A DNA stretch of 64,000 bases from Selaginella moellendorffii (lineage: Eukaryota > Plantae > Lycopodiophyta). The stretch's first letter is position 1. Every line of letters starts with the position of its first letter. Location of the stretch: contig NW_003314316.1 of NCBI RefSeq assembly GCF_000143415.4, positions 1,262,666 through 1,326,665 on the forward strand, written 5' to 3'. The notes below the pieces were generated by a model that saw only the letters and a list, made by a program, of their open reading frames with translations, was not told the origin of the DNA and ran no database searches. The translations under genes and the position numbers were made by a program. Below, piece after piece: positions 10,949 to 26,293 of the stretch.

Positions 10949-12435
10949 TTAGAGCAAGTTGTCTCTGTTTATCAAGCAAGATGCCCAAGCCTCGCTTGAA
11001 GGAGCTACAGGCTGAACCCAGTGACCAGGAATTCGACTGCAAGGAATGACACCACACTTGCGTCAAAAACTCCAAAAAGAAGATTGCAAAGTACCTCCCA
11101 ACAGGTACAATATATGTGTCCCAGCCCCTTCGGACCTGCAAACTTGCTATAAGTACGAAATAGCAAGCGCGCTCAAACCTCTATCAGCGTCCCCATGTCG
11201 ATTCTGCTACCATAGTAGTAGCGGTAGAGGTCGGCCGGCAATCGTTGATCCGGTTCCTCGCTTGTTTTCGTGTTACTGGGCTGCGGAGGTGCTTCCTTGA
11301 TGGTATTTTCATCGTCCGTGGAGGGATTCCTTGCTTCGGCATTTGCAGGCAAGGCTTCAGCAGTAGCTCCGGCAGCCTGTCGCTCTTCTGCTTCAACTGC
11401 GGCACGGACGCTCTCCATGAATGCATCATCATCTTCTGGGAACAGATGCCCTGGGACACACAAAAGCGGGCATGTCAAACCAGAGACGAGTGAAAAGGAG
11501 CCAACCTTGCTTCTTAAGTTTCTGGACGCGAAGTGAACGCAACTCCTGGAGTTTTTCAACAAGTAGCACCATTTCCATCTGCAAACAAAAACGGGAAACA
11601 GTGTAAGCGAGTACGCAAAACAGACATAGGCTGGACCTCTTTCTCCAATCGCAACCGCGCCTCCTTCGCTTTCTTTTGAGCAACATTGTTCATCTCTTCC
11701 ATCTGAGCAAACCTGCTGTCAAACAAGAAACGAGGAAAGAAAGAACTAGAAACTATCATACCTTCTTCTTAGCAATGTCTCTCGCAATCTCACGAGTTCT
11801 CCATTCCTCCGCTTGACGATCGGCTTCCTCGAAAAGTTTGTCCGCCTACACAACGAAGAATTGTAAGCAACGAAGCATAAAACTACCTATAGAACAAAAG
11901 AGAAAAAAGGGAACCAGAAAGAAAGAATGAAATCTAAGAACTTACCATTCTCCTCTTCTCGGCCTCGTGCTGCCTCTTGATCTTGCGACGCTTCCTGTTA
12001 CTCTTCAATTTCATCCTCCTTTCCCGAAATTTCGCCACGGCAGTGAGTTGCTCCCACGCCGCAGTTCCATCCACCACGCCTTGCAGCGGAAGAAGAAGCC
12101 CCTCGATCTCCCGCCGCAAATGCCGAGCTGCGTTCGCCGCCAAATTCTCGGCCTCGTCGATCTCATTGCCGTTCTTTCGGACCGCGTCACAAAGAATCCC
12201 ATCGATGCACTGCTTCCTCGGATCGTCACTAAAGAGGAGGGCACGAGCCTCTCCTTGCCCGGGAACGCGCTCATCCTCGGCTCGCCTTGCAGCGATTACT
12301 TCCAGCTCCAGAGACCTGTGATCGATCGGCGCCGGGCTCTCAAGGAAAGAAAATGGGATCACTTACACGGCTTTGAGAAGCTCCAGGCTGTGCTCCAGGC
12401 GCTCCAGATGGAGGCGCAGCTGTGGCGCTTGCCAT
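10949..12435 (-). CDS. SNRNP59: U11/U12 snRNP 59 kDa protein (PDCD7 homolog), multi-exon
   Basis: Exons encode EEADRQAEEWRTREIARDIAKKK, LLVEKLQELRSLRVQKLKKQG|HLFPEDDDAFMESVRAAVE, YRYYYGSRIDMGTLIE, RRGWDTY and SRIPGHWVQPVAPSSEAWASCL. ATG at 12435, TAA at 10951-10949. Confidence 0.85.
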
Positions 12436-12567
12436 AGCCGAGAATCCATAAGCCCTAAAATACTTATTCCACGTGGAGAGATCTCAGCCGTTTGCTCTCA
12501 ACGGTCGCGATCTCTCTCGTCTTGGATTATAATTCGATAGAATAGATGTTATGATAGAAGAAGCGCG
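12436..12567. promoter_or_regulatory. Putative bidirectional promoter (132 bp between divergent ATGs) with G-box CACGTG at 12470-12475
   Basis: Head-to-head start codons of U11/U12-59K and the FGGY kinase; CCACGTGG palindrome. Confidence 0.55.
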
Positions 12568-15077
12568 ATGGACCCTAGTAATAGCAGCGGATATGGAAGG
12601 GGATTGTCGATCGCGAGGAGCGTCTACCTTGGCATCGATGTCGGCACAGGCAGCGCCCGCGCCGGTGAGTCTTTCGATCGAATCGCGATCCTCCATCCTT
12701 TGAAACATACTGATCGATCGAATCGATCAATCCTTCCAGGTGTTTTCAATCACTCCGGCCGGCTCTTGGCGACCGCGAGCAGTCCATTGCAAATGTGGAA
12801 GGATGGAGATTTCGTGGAGGTATTTCCTTGGATTCCTCGGGATTTTCTCTCAACCGGATCGTTTTCCTTTGTTCCTTTTCCTTTCTGTGTGGGAAAAAAA
12901 TTTGAGTATAGCAATCGTCCACAGATATCTGGCATGCTGTTTGTGCCGCCGTCAAGGCGGCTTGCGAGAACGCTGCTGTCTCGAGCTCGGAAGTTTGCGG
13001 CATTGGATTTGCTGCAACGTGTTCTCTTGGTAAGTAGCTTACTACGAATGAAGAACTTTAGTTGTTTTTACTTTGCTTGTTTCGTAGTTGCTATAGGGGC
13101 GGACGACAATCCAGTGTCCGTTTCGATATCGGGTGATGCGAGACGCAATGTCATTGTCTGGATGGATCACCGAGCAGTGGATCAAGCCAAGCGGATCAAT
13201 GCAACCGGGTCACCCGTTCTACAATTTGCTGGTGGTGGTCTCTCGCCGGAAATGGAACCTCCTAAAGTAAAACGATTTTGCTGTCTAGAACTTGATCGAT
13301 ATGTGTTTTGCAGCTTTTATGGGTCAAGGAAAATCTTCCCGAGTCGTGGGCGGTTGCTTTCAGGTGGATGGACCTCAGTGACTGGCTTACATACAGGTAC
13401 TTTTTCTCGATTTTCCTTCCTTTTTACGAACTTTGGCCGTCCACTTCGGCTTCCTTCAGGGCTACTGGTGATGATACTCGAAGCTTGTGCACTACAGTCT
13501 GCAAATGGGGATACCTCGGGCATGCTCATCTTCAACATCAATCGAATAGTGACACTGTTGCAATGGAAGCTTGTGGATGGGACGACGTTTTCTGGCAAGA
13601 AATTGGTCTTTCCGACCTGGTGGAAGGACAATATACAAAAATCGGTAAGCACGTAATTCAATGCACTTCAGTTTTCCTCATCGTTTTTTTTTTTTTTTTT
13701 TTTTTGCCAGGGAGATATGTTGCATTCCCAGGCCATCCGCTCGGGAACGGTCTTAGTGCTTTAGCGGCCAAGGCAAGCAACTCTTCAGCAAGACTGCCTT
13801 TGGCTTAGCTATTATTTTTCTTGTAGGAACTTGGACTCCTGGAAGGCACTCCGGTGGGGACTGCTCTAATCGACGCTCATGCTGGCGGCGTTGGTGTTAT
13901 GGAGGGTGTTCCTTCAAAAGATGAGAGCATTACAGAAAGGATGGTCCTAGTGTGTGGAACGTCAACATGTCATATGGCTGTGTCCCCCGAAAAAGTTTTT
14001 ATTCCTGGGGTCTGGGGTCCGTATTGGTCAGGTATGTCTCATGTCTTTTACGTGATGTTCTGCTACTTAAATGACGCACTGCAGCTATGGTTCCTGGATT
14101 CTGGTTAACAGAAGGTGGCCAGAGCGCAACTGGTGCTCTAATCGACCATCTTATATCCAGTCATCCTGCATCTTCCGTGCTCCTTGAACGTGCAAAACTG
14201 CAAAGTAAGTGTAATTTGATTTTCGTTCTTCATTTTCATCATGTTTATAAGCTATACGTTCTATCAGAGACTTCTATCTACGAGTTATTGAATGAGATTC
14301 TTGATACATTGGCCTCCCATCCTGACGTTCTTTTTCAAGGTGCTTTGACGAGAAATCTACACTTGCTTGCAGATTTTCACGGGAACAGGTTTGGGCGGCA
14401 TTTACTTTTGGTGGTCTCATGAACGACTATTACAGGTCACCGTTGGCAAATCCTGACGCAAGAGGTGTCATCAGTGGCTTGAGCCTAGATGATGATCCAC
14501 GAAGTCTGGCTCTGCTTTATCTTGCAGCTATACAGGGCATAGCATATGGAACGCGCCATATCGTGGAGCACTGTAATTCTCACGGCCTTCAGGTTGAATT
14601 TTGCGTATTCCTGTGGATTCCTACTTATCATTCTATATTGCGACAGATCAAGACACTATTAGCATGTGGAGGTCTTTCTAAGAACAAGGTCTACTTGCAA
14701 CAACATGCAGACATCACAGGCTAGTTTTCTTTACATCACTTTAGCACGGTTGTAACGAGTTTCGATGTGCAGGATGTTCCGTGATTTTGCCAAGGGAAAA
14801 GGAATCTGTTCTTCTGGGGGCAGCTATCCTTGGAGCTGTTGCTGCGAAGAAATTTCACAATGTCAAGGAGGCAATGGAAGCCTTGAACGCACCTGGATTG
14901 GTAATATGGAATTCGTTTTGCGGATATTGGATCTAAAATGTTTTATAACAGGTAGTCGAGCCATCTCGACATAATACAGTCCAGAAATACCACGATGCAA
15001 AATACAAAATCTTTAGATCATTATACGACCAGCAAGTTGTATATCGACAACAACTGGATACCGTCTTAGGCTGCTAA
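12568..15077 (+). CDS. FGGY-family carbohydrate (pentulose/ribulose) kinase, multi-exon
   Basis: [86 protein letters not shown] and [14 protein letters not shown]. Stop TAA 15075-15077. Two GC-AG introns. Confidence 0.92.
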
Positions 15078-15628
15078 AATTCTTTCTGTAAGTTATATGA
15101 GTTTTTTCTGTTTTTACCATGGAAAGCATAACCATTGCCTGCTGAGCTCTCGGCATATCCCAGAATTATCGAATTCCACAATGCAGCGTCGCGATGTTTC
15201 ATATTATTGAAAACACTGCGCGCATCTTCGATGCTTCCACATTTCCCAGAGCTGATCAGGGCATCACCTGGTTACTGCTCTTGGCGAAGTAGGTACTGGC
15301 AAGCAGGGATAGTGGAAAAGGTAACAAGGTGATGGCTCACACGGCCAGGCAAACAATTATCTCGACGAAGCGCAGACAAAAAGTGGGATCTATGAAACCG
15401 TGGCCAAGAAAAAGGACAAGGATGACAGGAACGTAGAAACAGAAGATGGTTTCAGGTCGACGAGTCCGCTGCCGCCTCGCACAGTGGCACTGTTGCTCGG
15501 TTTTGTGAGTAGAGGCCAGCGAGTAGGCTCAAAGTTCTGCATGGCTCGTCTACCTTGTAAGCAAACCGCCAAGCTCGCTCGGTTTAAAAGCTCCGATCGC
15601 CTCTTGCGAGGGATTCCAGTTCCGGATC

Positions 15629-18558
<2,930 letters not shown>

Positions 18559-18607
18559 TGTTTATGGTGGCGTCAACTTTGTAGATCACTTGCCATCAAT
18601 GAATGTT

Positions 18608-21600
18608 TTAGACTTTTACGATCTCCCATGACGCGGCATATTCGGCTTCACGAGGGGGCACGAAAGGCTTCCACAAATCACGAACACTTCTCTCGCCACA
18701 GTGGGGGCATTCGTTAGCCACGATCTCGGCAATCTCTGCATTAGCCTTTCACGAAAACAACGCATTTCTTAGAAGAACTCAAGGAGAAGTGTCTTGACTC
18801 TCACCTGGTCCAAGGGATGGATTCCCGATTCCTCCTCCTCCGCAAGATAGTCTTTTTTCGAGTGTGGAGGCTTTTCCACTGCAAGCACTGACATTCGTTT
18901 CTTCAGCTCCAGTATCCGATCTCTCTGCCATTCCAAAGTTGAAGCATTTTCAACAACGAAAAAAACAGGAGCATACCTCAGCCTTCTCGCCAGTTTTCAA
19001 CATGTAGTTGATCAAGCATTCCGTGTGGAAACAATGCTCGCAAGGGAACACGTAGAAGAGACTTGCCGGACCATGGAGGGGGTCATAAGCGAGTATCTTT
19101 CTCCGGCAATCCTGGTGACGCCAACACAGCTCGACTAACAGAGTTTATCAACAAGGAAGACAAACTTACAGCGCATTCTTCGTCTGGCGTTGTAACTGCG
19201 GATCGTTGGGAAAGATCATTGATGTCTTTTCTCAGTTTCTCGGCATTGAGAGTGTCGTCGTTCATTTCTAGTTTCAGTTCTTCGATGCGAGCGTTGTACT
19301 CTTGCAGAGACGCGTATATTGCTTCCTGAAGTGATGCAAAAGGTCATTAAGTCGTTACTGAGAAACAAAAAGAGATTGCCAGACCTGAAAATCGTTGATG
19401 AGGGTGAATTCTGGAAAGAATGGAAGGATGTCTTCGATTTTGAGCAGGCCTTGCGTTTCATTCACGAATGCCACGGCCTTCTTGATGTTTTCTCTCTTGG
19501 TTCCTTTCTCCTCCTTTATCACGTGCTTTGCAATGCAGAGCCATAGTTTCTTTCGAAGCTCTTCGTCCCCTTCAACTTTATCGGCCTCCATCTTTGCCAG
19601 GTCCACATCAACCTATATCAAAAGGATGGCATCCAGTAAAACAACAATGTAAACGAACCTTCAAAGAAAGAGAAACTGCCTCTTCGTGCAACCCCATCAT
19701 ACTGTAAAGAAAGACACAGGCCTCCGTTTGCTTTTCGTCCAGACACACTCGCAACGCGTAGTTCGGGTCGTAAAAAACATCTGGTTTCCCAGGCTGTTCT
19801 CTACCATATTTCACTTGCAAGAATTTGAGAAGCTCTTTTTCGTCTCCCTAAAGTGATGATAAAAAAGAAAATTGAGGAAAAGGCAGAGAAACTAGGTACC
19901 TGTTTCACAAGAAGTGATACTAGAAGATTGTGTATGGTTGTGTCTTCGTTTTTCAGTCGCTGCACACAAAACTCCAAGTACTTGATTGCCTGGTGAGCCT
20001 CTTCCCTGCACGAGTAAGAGAATCAGAAAAGGCATACAAGGATAGCACATACCTTGGCCGGGAAATACTAGAATATCGCATCAAAGCAGGAATCAAGTTT
20101 TGAGGATTGAGCCCTTCGCACGACATCCAAAACTCAACGGTCTCATTAGCGTCGAGCATTATCAACGCTGGTGCAAATTTATACTGTCGGGAACAGACAC
20201 AGAATTAGCACAAGGAAAAACTAAAAAGAAAGTATAGTACCTGAAGTTCGAGAGGTACGTTCTCTCTTCTCAGCACGGCCAGTGCCTTCTTGGCGTTTCG
20301 TTGCTGGTAAACAGCACGAGAATTCAGTTAATAACACTTAATAAACAAATTAACCTGAATGTGATGGTTCACAACAGTCTCGTAACGATTTTTGAGACTT
20401 GCGAAGAATACAAGTTCTTCATGTCTTCCATAGCTGAAACAGGGACAACAAGTTAAAAGCTTTAAAGTTACAACCTACACAAACCTTGTAAGAAGCTTCA
20501 ATGTGGTAGCCTCGTCCAGGGTATCCTTAGAATCACTCAAAAAAGCCTTGAACTCCTCCACAACTCCAGCATACTGCGACTGCGTTTCGTCGTTGTGTAG
20601 CAATAGCTGATTCATCTGTTATCGGGAAGACAAAAAAATTACAGACTATATATCTGCATTCATGCTTGAAGTACCTTATCCAGATACAATTCCACAACCC
20701 ACGTCGCCACCATTGTAATTTGTGATCGTTCATCTCTTCCGAGGCTGTCTAATTTCCGGAGGAGATAAGTGCGCAAAGCATCCTATAGTAACATACACGT
20801 CAGTGTTCAGCTCAAATAAATGTTTTGCGGGTTCTTTACCTGTTCGTTTATTTTCAAAAACTTCAACGCAATTTCTTCGAACGTTATGACACCAGTAATC
20901 TGAAAGTTCTCTATTAGATAGGAAGAGCTCATGAAGAAAGGTCACCTTTGCGTAGAAGGAAGCTGCAATCATGTACTTCTTCGCCTCAAAAGCAGCATCT
21001 GCCTACACATAGAGCTGTGAATTTATTTACAAAGGAGAAAAACGCAGATAATACCTGTGCTCTGTAAACTTCATCTTTCTGAAAGATGTTCCGGCAATGC
21101 TCAAGTGCGGCAGCATACTCCTTCATACCAAGGTAGACTCGCCACATATCACGGTCCTCGTCGTGTACAGTTATCTAGAACCAAAGAGAACTAAGAAACC
21201 AAACCTCAAACTTTCTTACCTCGAAAATAGATGTGTTACTGTAAGCGTAATACGCCCCAGCAGCATAGTCTGCACAGAGTCCGAGCATGTTTGGCGCGGT
21301 CATATCGAACACAGAATCCTCTTCTACAAGCTTCTGACTGGTCCGATTCACTACCTGGGACCGTCAAAACATCTCAAGATCTCCATATGATACGATTCAA
21401 TAGGAAGTTACCTTCAGTTTCCCTCCATAAAGAAGGAGAAAATGGTGCTGTGTCAATGAAAGCGCCTCAGGTCGTGTGCTACTGCCATCCTCATTGATCT
21501 TTGAGTACTCCAGAAGCCATTTGCTTCCCACGATACTGTCCTCGCTGCTCGAGATGGTCATAGATCAGTCTCTTATGAACAGTCAGAGCATAAAAATTTA

Positions 21601-22803
21601 GCACCTTACTTGGGTGGTGATATGAAGCTCACCGTGATATATACCTGGTCCAGCCAGCCAAGCGAACGACTCCGCGTAGCGTTTTCCATAAAAGTGTATC
21701 TCACTGTGCATGAAAGTTAGGAACAGATACAGGAGTATATAAAACCCACCTCTTTTGAAACTCGCCGGGAAGTTCTGTGAACTTGACAACACGGCCTGCA
21801 TACGAAGAAAACAGGCTCTGCGAGCACAGCATGAAAATGTTATAAAGTTCTCACAAACAACACAAAATGAACATACCTCTAGCGAGCCCGTACCAACGAA
21901 GACGTAAAGCTTTGTCGGAGTCACAGCCATGATGAAGTACCGCGTAGTAGTGCTGCTGCTTATATTCTCGATCTAGAGTCAAGTTTCGTCAGCCAAAGAA
22001 GAAACAATGCCGCAAAACATACCTGCAAGCCCGTAAACGCCTCCTTGAGCTCCGTAAGTTCAAACAAAACTTTCACGTATTTCTCCTTCTTGTCCTTCTC
22101 CTCTACGAGCATTTCATAGATCTGTCCACTTGCGGTTGCAAGCACAATCTCTCCCGATGAATCTGCATTGTCATGAAATCGACTTCCTTAGCAGCACAAG
22201 CAGGCAGCGGAAAATCTTCACTACTTACAGTCGCTTAGCTGGGACTTGTTCCAGCAAACAGCATTGACGAGCACGCCTTTGAGCCGAGAAACAGCGCGAA
22301 CTTTCTTCCATTTCGCATGGATGTAAAAGGTCTCGGCACCACTGCTGCTCCGGAGATTTGCTAGACAGTGCCTTCCACTGGGATCCAGGAAAACCTTACA
22401 AACGTATTGGTCGGCTCCGCGGCTCAACTCCAACTCTATCCGATCACGGGAAAAAAGCTCACAGTTTTCAGAAGAAACAAAGAAAGCGAGCGTGAATTTT
22501 CCTTGATTTTTTGGGAGACTCACCTAAGTTATCCCCGCCTCCAAAATCGTGACGAACAATCCAGCCGCTGCTAGTACCGACGAGCAGGACATTGTTTCCA
22601 GCGGCTACTGAGGTGACAAGCCCGTGACCTTTGGCGGCGTTTTGCTCCAGCACATCCAAGCTGAAGATCTTGATCTCTGGCCTCGACAGTGAAATCGCCT
22701 GGAAATCCTGCGAGGAATTGGATCAGCGATCGACGATTCAGCTCAATCTCACCTCGTTGAGCCCCGATTGAGCGGGCGAAGACGACGTCCATTCATCCAG
22801 CAT
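18608..22803 (-). CDS. VPS18: Vacuolar protein sorting 18 (PEP3/VPS18; HOPS/CORVET subunit), many short exons
   Basis: FSLDVLEQNAAKGHGLVTSVAAGNNVLLVGTSSGWIVRHDFG, KVFLDPSGRHC, FYIHAKWKK, LRKKLWLCIAKHVI, LLKIEDILPFFPEFTLINDF, RING (YVFPCEHCFHTECL...NECPHCGE). ATG at 22803, TAA at 18610-18608. Confidence 0.93.
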
Positions 22804-22811
22804 TGCTGCCT

Positions 22812-22820
22812 AAACCCTAA
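22812..22820. promoter_or_regulatory. telo-box upstream of VPS18 (duplicated at about 29979)
   Basis: AAACCCTAA 9 bp from the start codon. Confidence 0.5.
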
Positions 22821-23839
22821 TCTCGCCCAGGTGTAAGAATTATGAACCTAATGTAAAAAGGTAAAGTAGATTTCGTTTGACCATAAGCATCTTTTACAAC
22901 TTAGATGTACAAATTGGGTTTTACTAAATCTGCTCTCGCTTCAAATTTAAGAGTTTGTTTTTAGGATAAGTTTGAAAACTAATTAAATATAAATTGGTGC
23001 TAGATTATAAATTTAGATGTGATCATTATGTTTAAGATAATTCTTATATTCTGTATAATTGGCAAATTTAGACACTTTTCATAAATAGCTAATAAGTTTA
23101 AAATTTGACCAAATGGGAAACTACAACAAAAGTGTCTTGATAAATATAATAAACTATTACATAATAAATAATGAAAGGTTAAGCTCAATATGAAAATGGT
23201 TTTTAACACTAATTTAACAATATACCATATCAAATATATTTTGTTAGATGACAATTTACAACTTCATTCTTTAGTGCCCTTCTAGATTATGTACCACTGA
23301 CTAGTCTCTCAACTAGTTTGAATGGAAACTCTAGCAATACCAATTTCCTACTATCATGTTAGTAAAAAAAATTTATCTAAAAAGATTAATAGATAAATTT
23401 TGATACCCACAATACCCATTTGTTTTGTGACAATAACATATCTCAAATAACTTTTTATATGGCTCAATTTGATGTTAATTGTGTTAACTCTCTCCACCTT
23501 GTGCAAACAATTGTCCTTTAGGAAAATCTTTTTATTTCCTAGAACAAATCTCCTCCCCCTACCTTATATGAAAGCATGTTCTAGGCTTTCACCCCAGTTG
23601 TAAGAGTTTGTCTCATTAAATATAGAATGATGTTAGATTATGAATTTAGATGTAAGAATAATACTATTGTGTTCAAGACAATTTTTAAATCTGTAAATAT
23701 GCCCAATTAACAAATTTAAACACCTTTTATAAATAACCAATAGGACCAAACAGGACCAAACATAGAAAATGATAACCAAGACTTAAGTTCGCCTTAGAAT
23801 TTTTTATGCAAAGCCAATACCATAGCACCTCATTCATGC

Positions 23840-25040
23840 CAAGGAGAACACCATATGAGGTTTGGTATGGCATTAAACTGGATGTGAGTCTTTGCAAGTA
23901 GTGTTCAGGAAACACAAGGATAAGTTTAAAAAGTTTCTCTAACTGAAGTCAACAAAGGACAATTAGGCCACATGTAATATTGCACAATAGAGCTGGAGGA
24001 TGGTGACAATCAAGGGAATTTAGCAGGACAACAAGGGTGATGCATCAAGTGGGGATGGTGTTGGAGACAACAGAAATAGTGGATCCAGTTGGTCCCAAGA
24101 TGGCAAATCCATTGGTTGCAAGGAGGAAAGTCATAAGAATGAAGTTCCCAGAAAGCATCAAGGGTATGATCCCAAGCATAGAGGCAGAAAAGGTAGTGAT
24201 AGATAGGATTCCATACACATAGATGGTGGGTGGACTAGTCTACTTCATAGGGAGTATTCTTGGCAAATCCTGACTTTCCATATCAAACTGGTGTTATGTC
24301 CTTGAAGGGAATAGCAAATTCTGTTTTGTGTTACACAAGACAAGCAATTTCAGCTCAAGCTGCTAGGATACTCAAATGTGGATTGAGTAGGAGAAGTTGA
24401 TAAGCAACTTCTAGCTACGTCTTCAATGCAATAGTTATATGGGGTAGCCTAGGGATGACACAAGCAATCAAGGAGATCCTCTGACTCAAAACTTTGCTCC
24501 ATAGCTTGAGCTACAAGCAGGGAGAGGCAACTCTCCCTAATTATGGCAATCGAGGAACCATTGTGTTGCCTAAGAGTTCATGGATTCATAGCAAGACAAA
24601 GTAATCCAGCAAAAATGGTGGACATATTCATGAAGCAATATTTGCACAACACACACAAGCTCTTGGGGTGCAGACAGCTTAGCTTAAGTGGGAATATTAA
24701 GGGAATGTTCCAACTTCCCTCAAGACCAAGTTGACTCTGGCACTGTCTCAAGAGCTCTGTGCGGGAGGGATCTTGGGGATAAGCTGCTCGTCCATGGCTT
24801 TGAAAGATGCCCTGTTGAGCTTGGGGAAACTCTAACAGTGAGATAGTCACTGCAGCCCTTGTGATGGCTTGTGAATCAAAAGATGCTAGACTTTTGATGA
24901 TCTTGCATGACAGGTTAGTGTCCAAGACCTTAGAGTCTTACAATTTGGGCAAACACTCCAGATTTCATAAGACCCATGTTGTATATCCAAGGTGAGGGCT
25001 ATGTAGACCAGCAACAGAAGAAGCAGTGAACATCTTCTTG
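23840..25040 (+). mobile_element. Highly degenerate Ty1/Copia remnant (duplicated at about 31090-31538 + 36341-37195)
   Basis: Fragments translate as RTPYEVWYGIKLDVS (post-integrase), IPYT.MVGGLVY (RT end), KLLGYSNVD and HSKTK...VDIFMK (RNase H), followed by a PPT-like aagtggga. Many stops and deletions. Confidence 0.6.
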
Positions 25041-26293
25041 AGATATTTTATTTGCTAGATTTAAGCATTATTAATTGAGAATAAATAAGAAATCTACTTT
25101 TCTTTTGCTAATCAGGAGCAAAACACTACACTCGCACATGCAAAAAGTTTGGCATCATGAAAGACTAGAGAATGAATCAGCACTCACCTCTTAGACAGCC
25201 AAGAAAAAAGCTTAATCCAATATATCTTTGGAAAGGATAAAAATTACATGTTTCATTTTTGAAACCAAAGCCAAGATTCTGGAATGCTTGTTGGCTCTGC
25301 TAGGTACTATTAGGTTTTTATTGACAAAATAAAATAATTTGTTATGCGTTGCATGTAGCAATATCTGGTTTGCTTAATAGTAGTGTTATTTCTACTTATT
25401 AATCCAATTGATCAAATAAAACTTTATAATTATAAATATGTTTATAATTTTTAAACACAAGATTAACCATTAGAATAAAAAATAATATATTAGAAAGTGT
25501 TTATGAAAATTTATTTATTATAAAAATGTTTATAAATTATAAATACAAAATTAATCTAAATGAATAATAATCATTGGCAAAATATCCTAGAATATCCAAA
25601 CATATTTATGTATATTCACTACCACCCTATACAGCTTAAGCAAACCAAAAAAAGAAGAGACACAACTAACAGCCATGGTGATAGAGCCTGTTGGAGAAGC
25701 AATCCACAGATCCAATAATCTGATTGCTCAGCTGATCAAACCAGGAGGTAAATACTGTGTATGTATCTGCTGTTTTAAATCTTTGTGACACTCTGCCAAA
25801 TCTAGAGACATACATATACCTCAGCCTGCGTGCGTGTGAGGGAGGGGGGGAAATATATATATATATATTTCCTCTAGACCCTTAACTCAGATAAACATTG
25901 ACTGATTGTTGCTTGGACGACAATTATTAGTTGGGAAACCGTACAATCCTTATTTCAAGGTATGTATGTGTCTTCAGATACAAAAACGAAGAGCCTTTAT
26001 ATTTTCCAAAGGTCTACCGGATTCAATTCATTGCTTGGTCCGACTGCACTCGCGTCCTGTTTCTCCAGGATGACAAGAACGGGATAACTGGAGGTGAGTA
26101 CTGTCATCAAGGGCCTGAAACATACACGAGTTTTCTTGTCTGATTAAAGTATAATTCCCAGACAAAAAACATTATGCCTTAGGACTTAGAATTATTCAAA
26201 AAGAAAAGTCCACGGTAGACTTTTCCCACGCTATACCTTTCCAAGATCACGAGCAAAGCAATGGTGCGGTGCTGGTAGTGATCACCAACGGGC

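Noticed and set aside
20521-20528. GTATCCTT U12-type donor consensus, tempting given the U11/U12-59K gene nearby
   Set aside because: Lies on the + strand inside a minus-strand VPS18 exon; the donors I read in the 59K gene are ordinary U2-type
22571-22792. ORF-track start MDVVFARS as VPS18 N-terminus
   Set aside because: Wrong frame; ATG 22803 plus a GT-AG intron gives the frame leading into FSLDVLEQ
24543-24925. Leu-rich ORFs suggesting an LRR gene (also 36713-36989)
   Set aside because: Surrounding + strand fragments match Copia RT/RNase H and PPT, so this is a retroelement remnant
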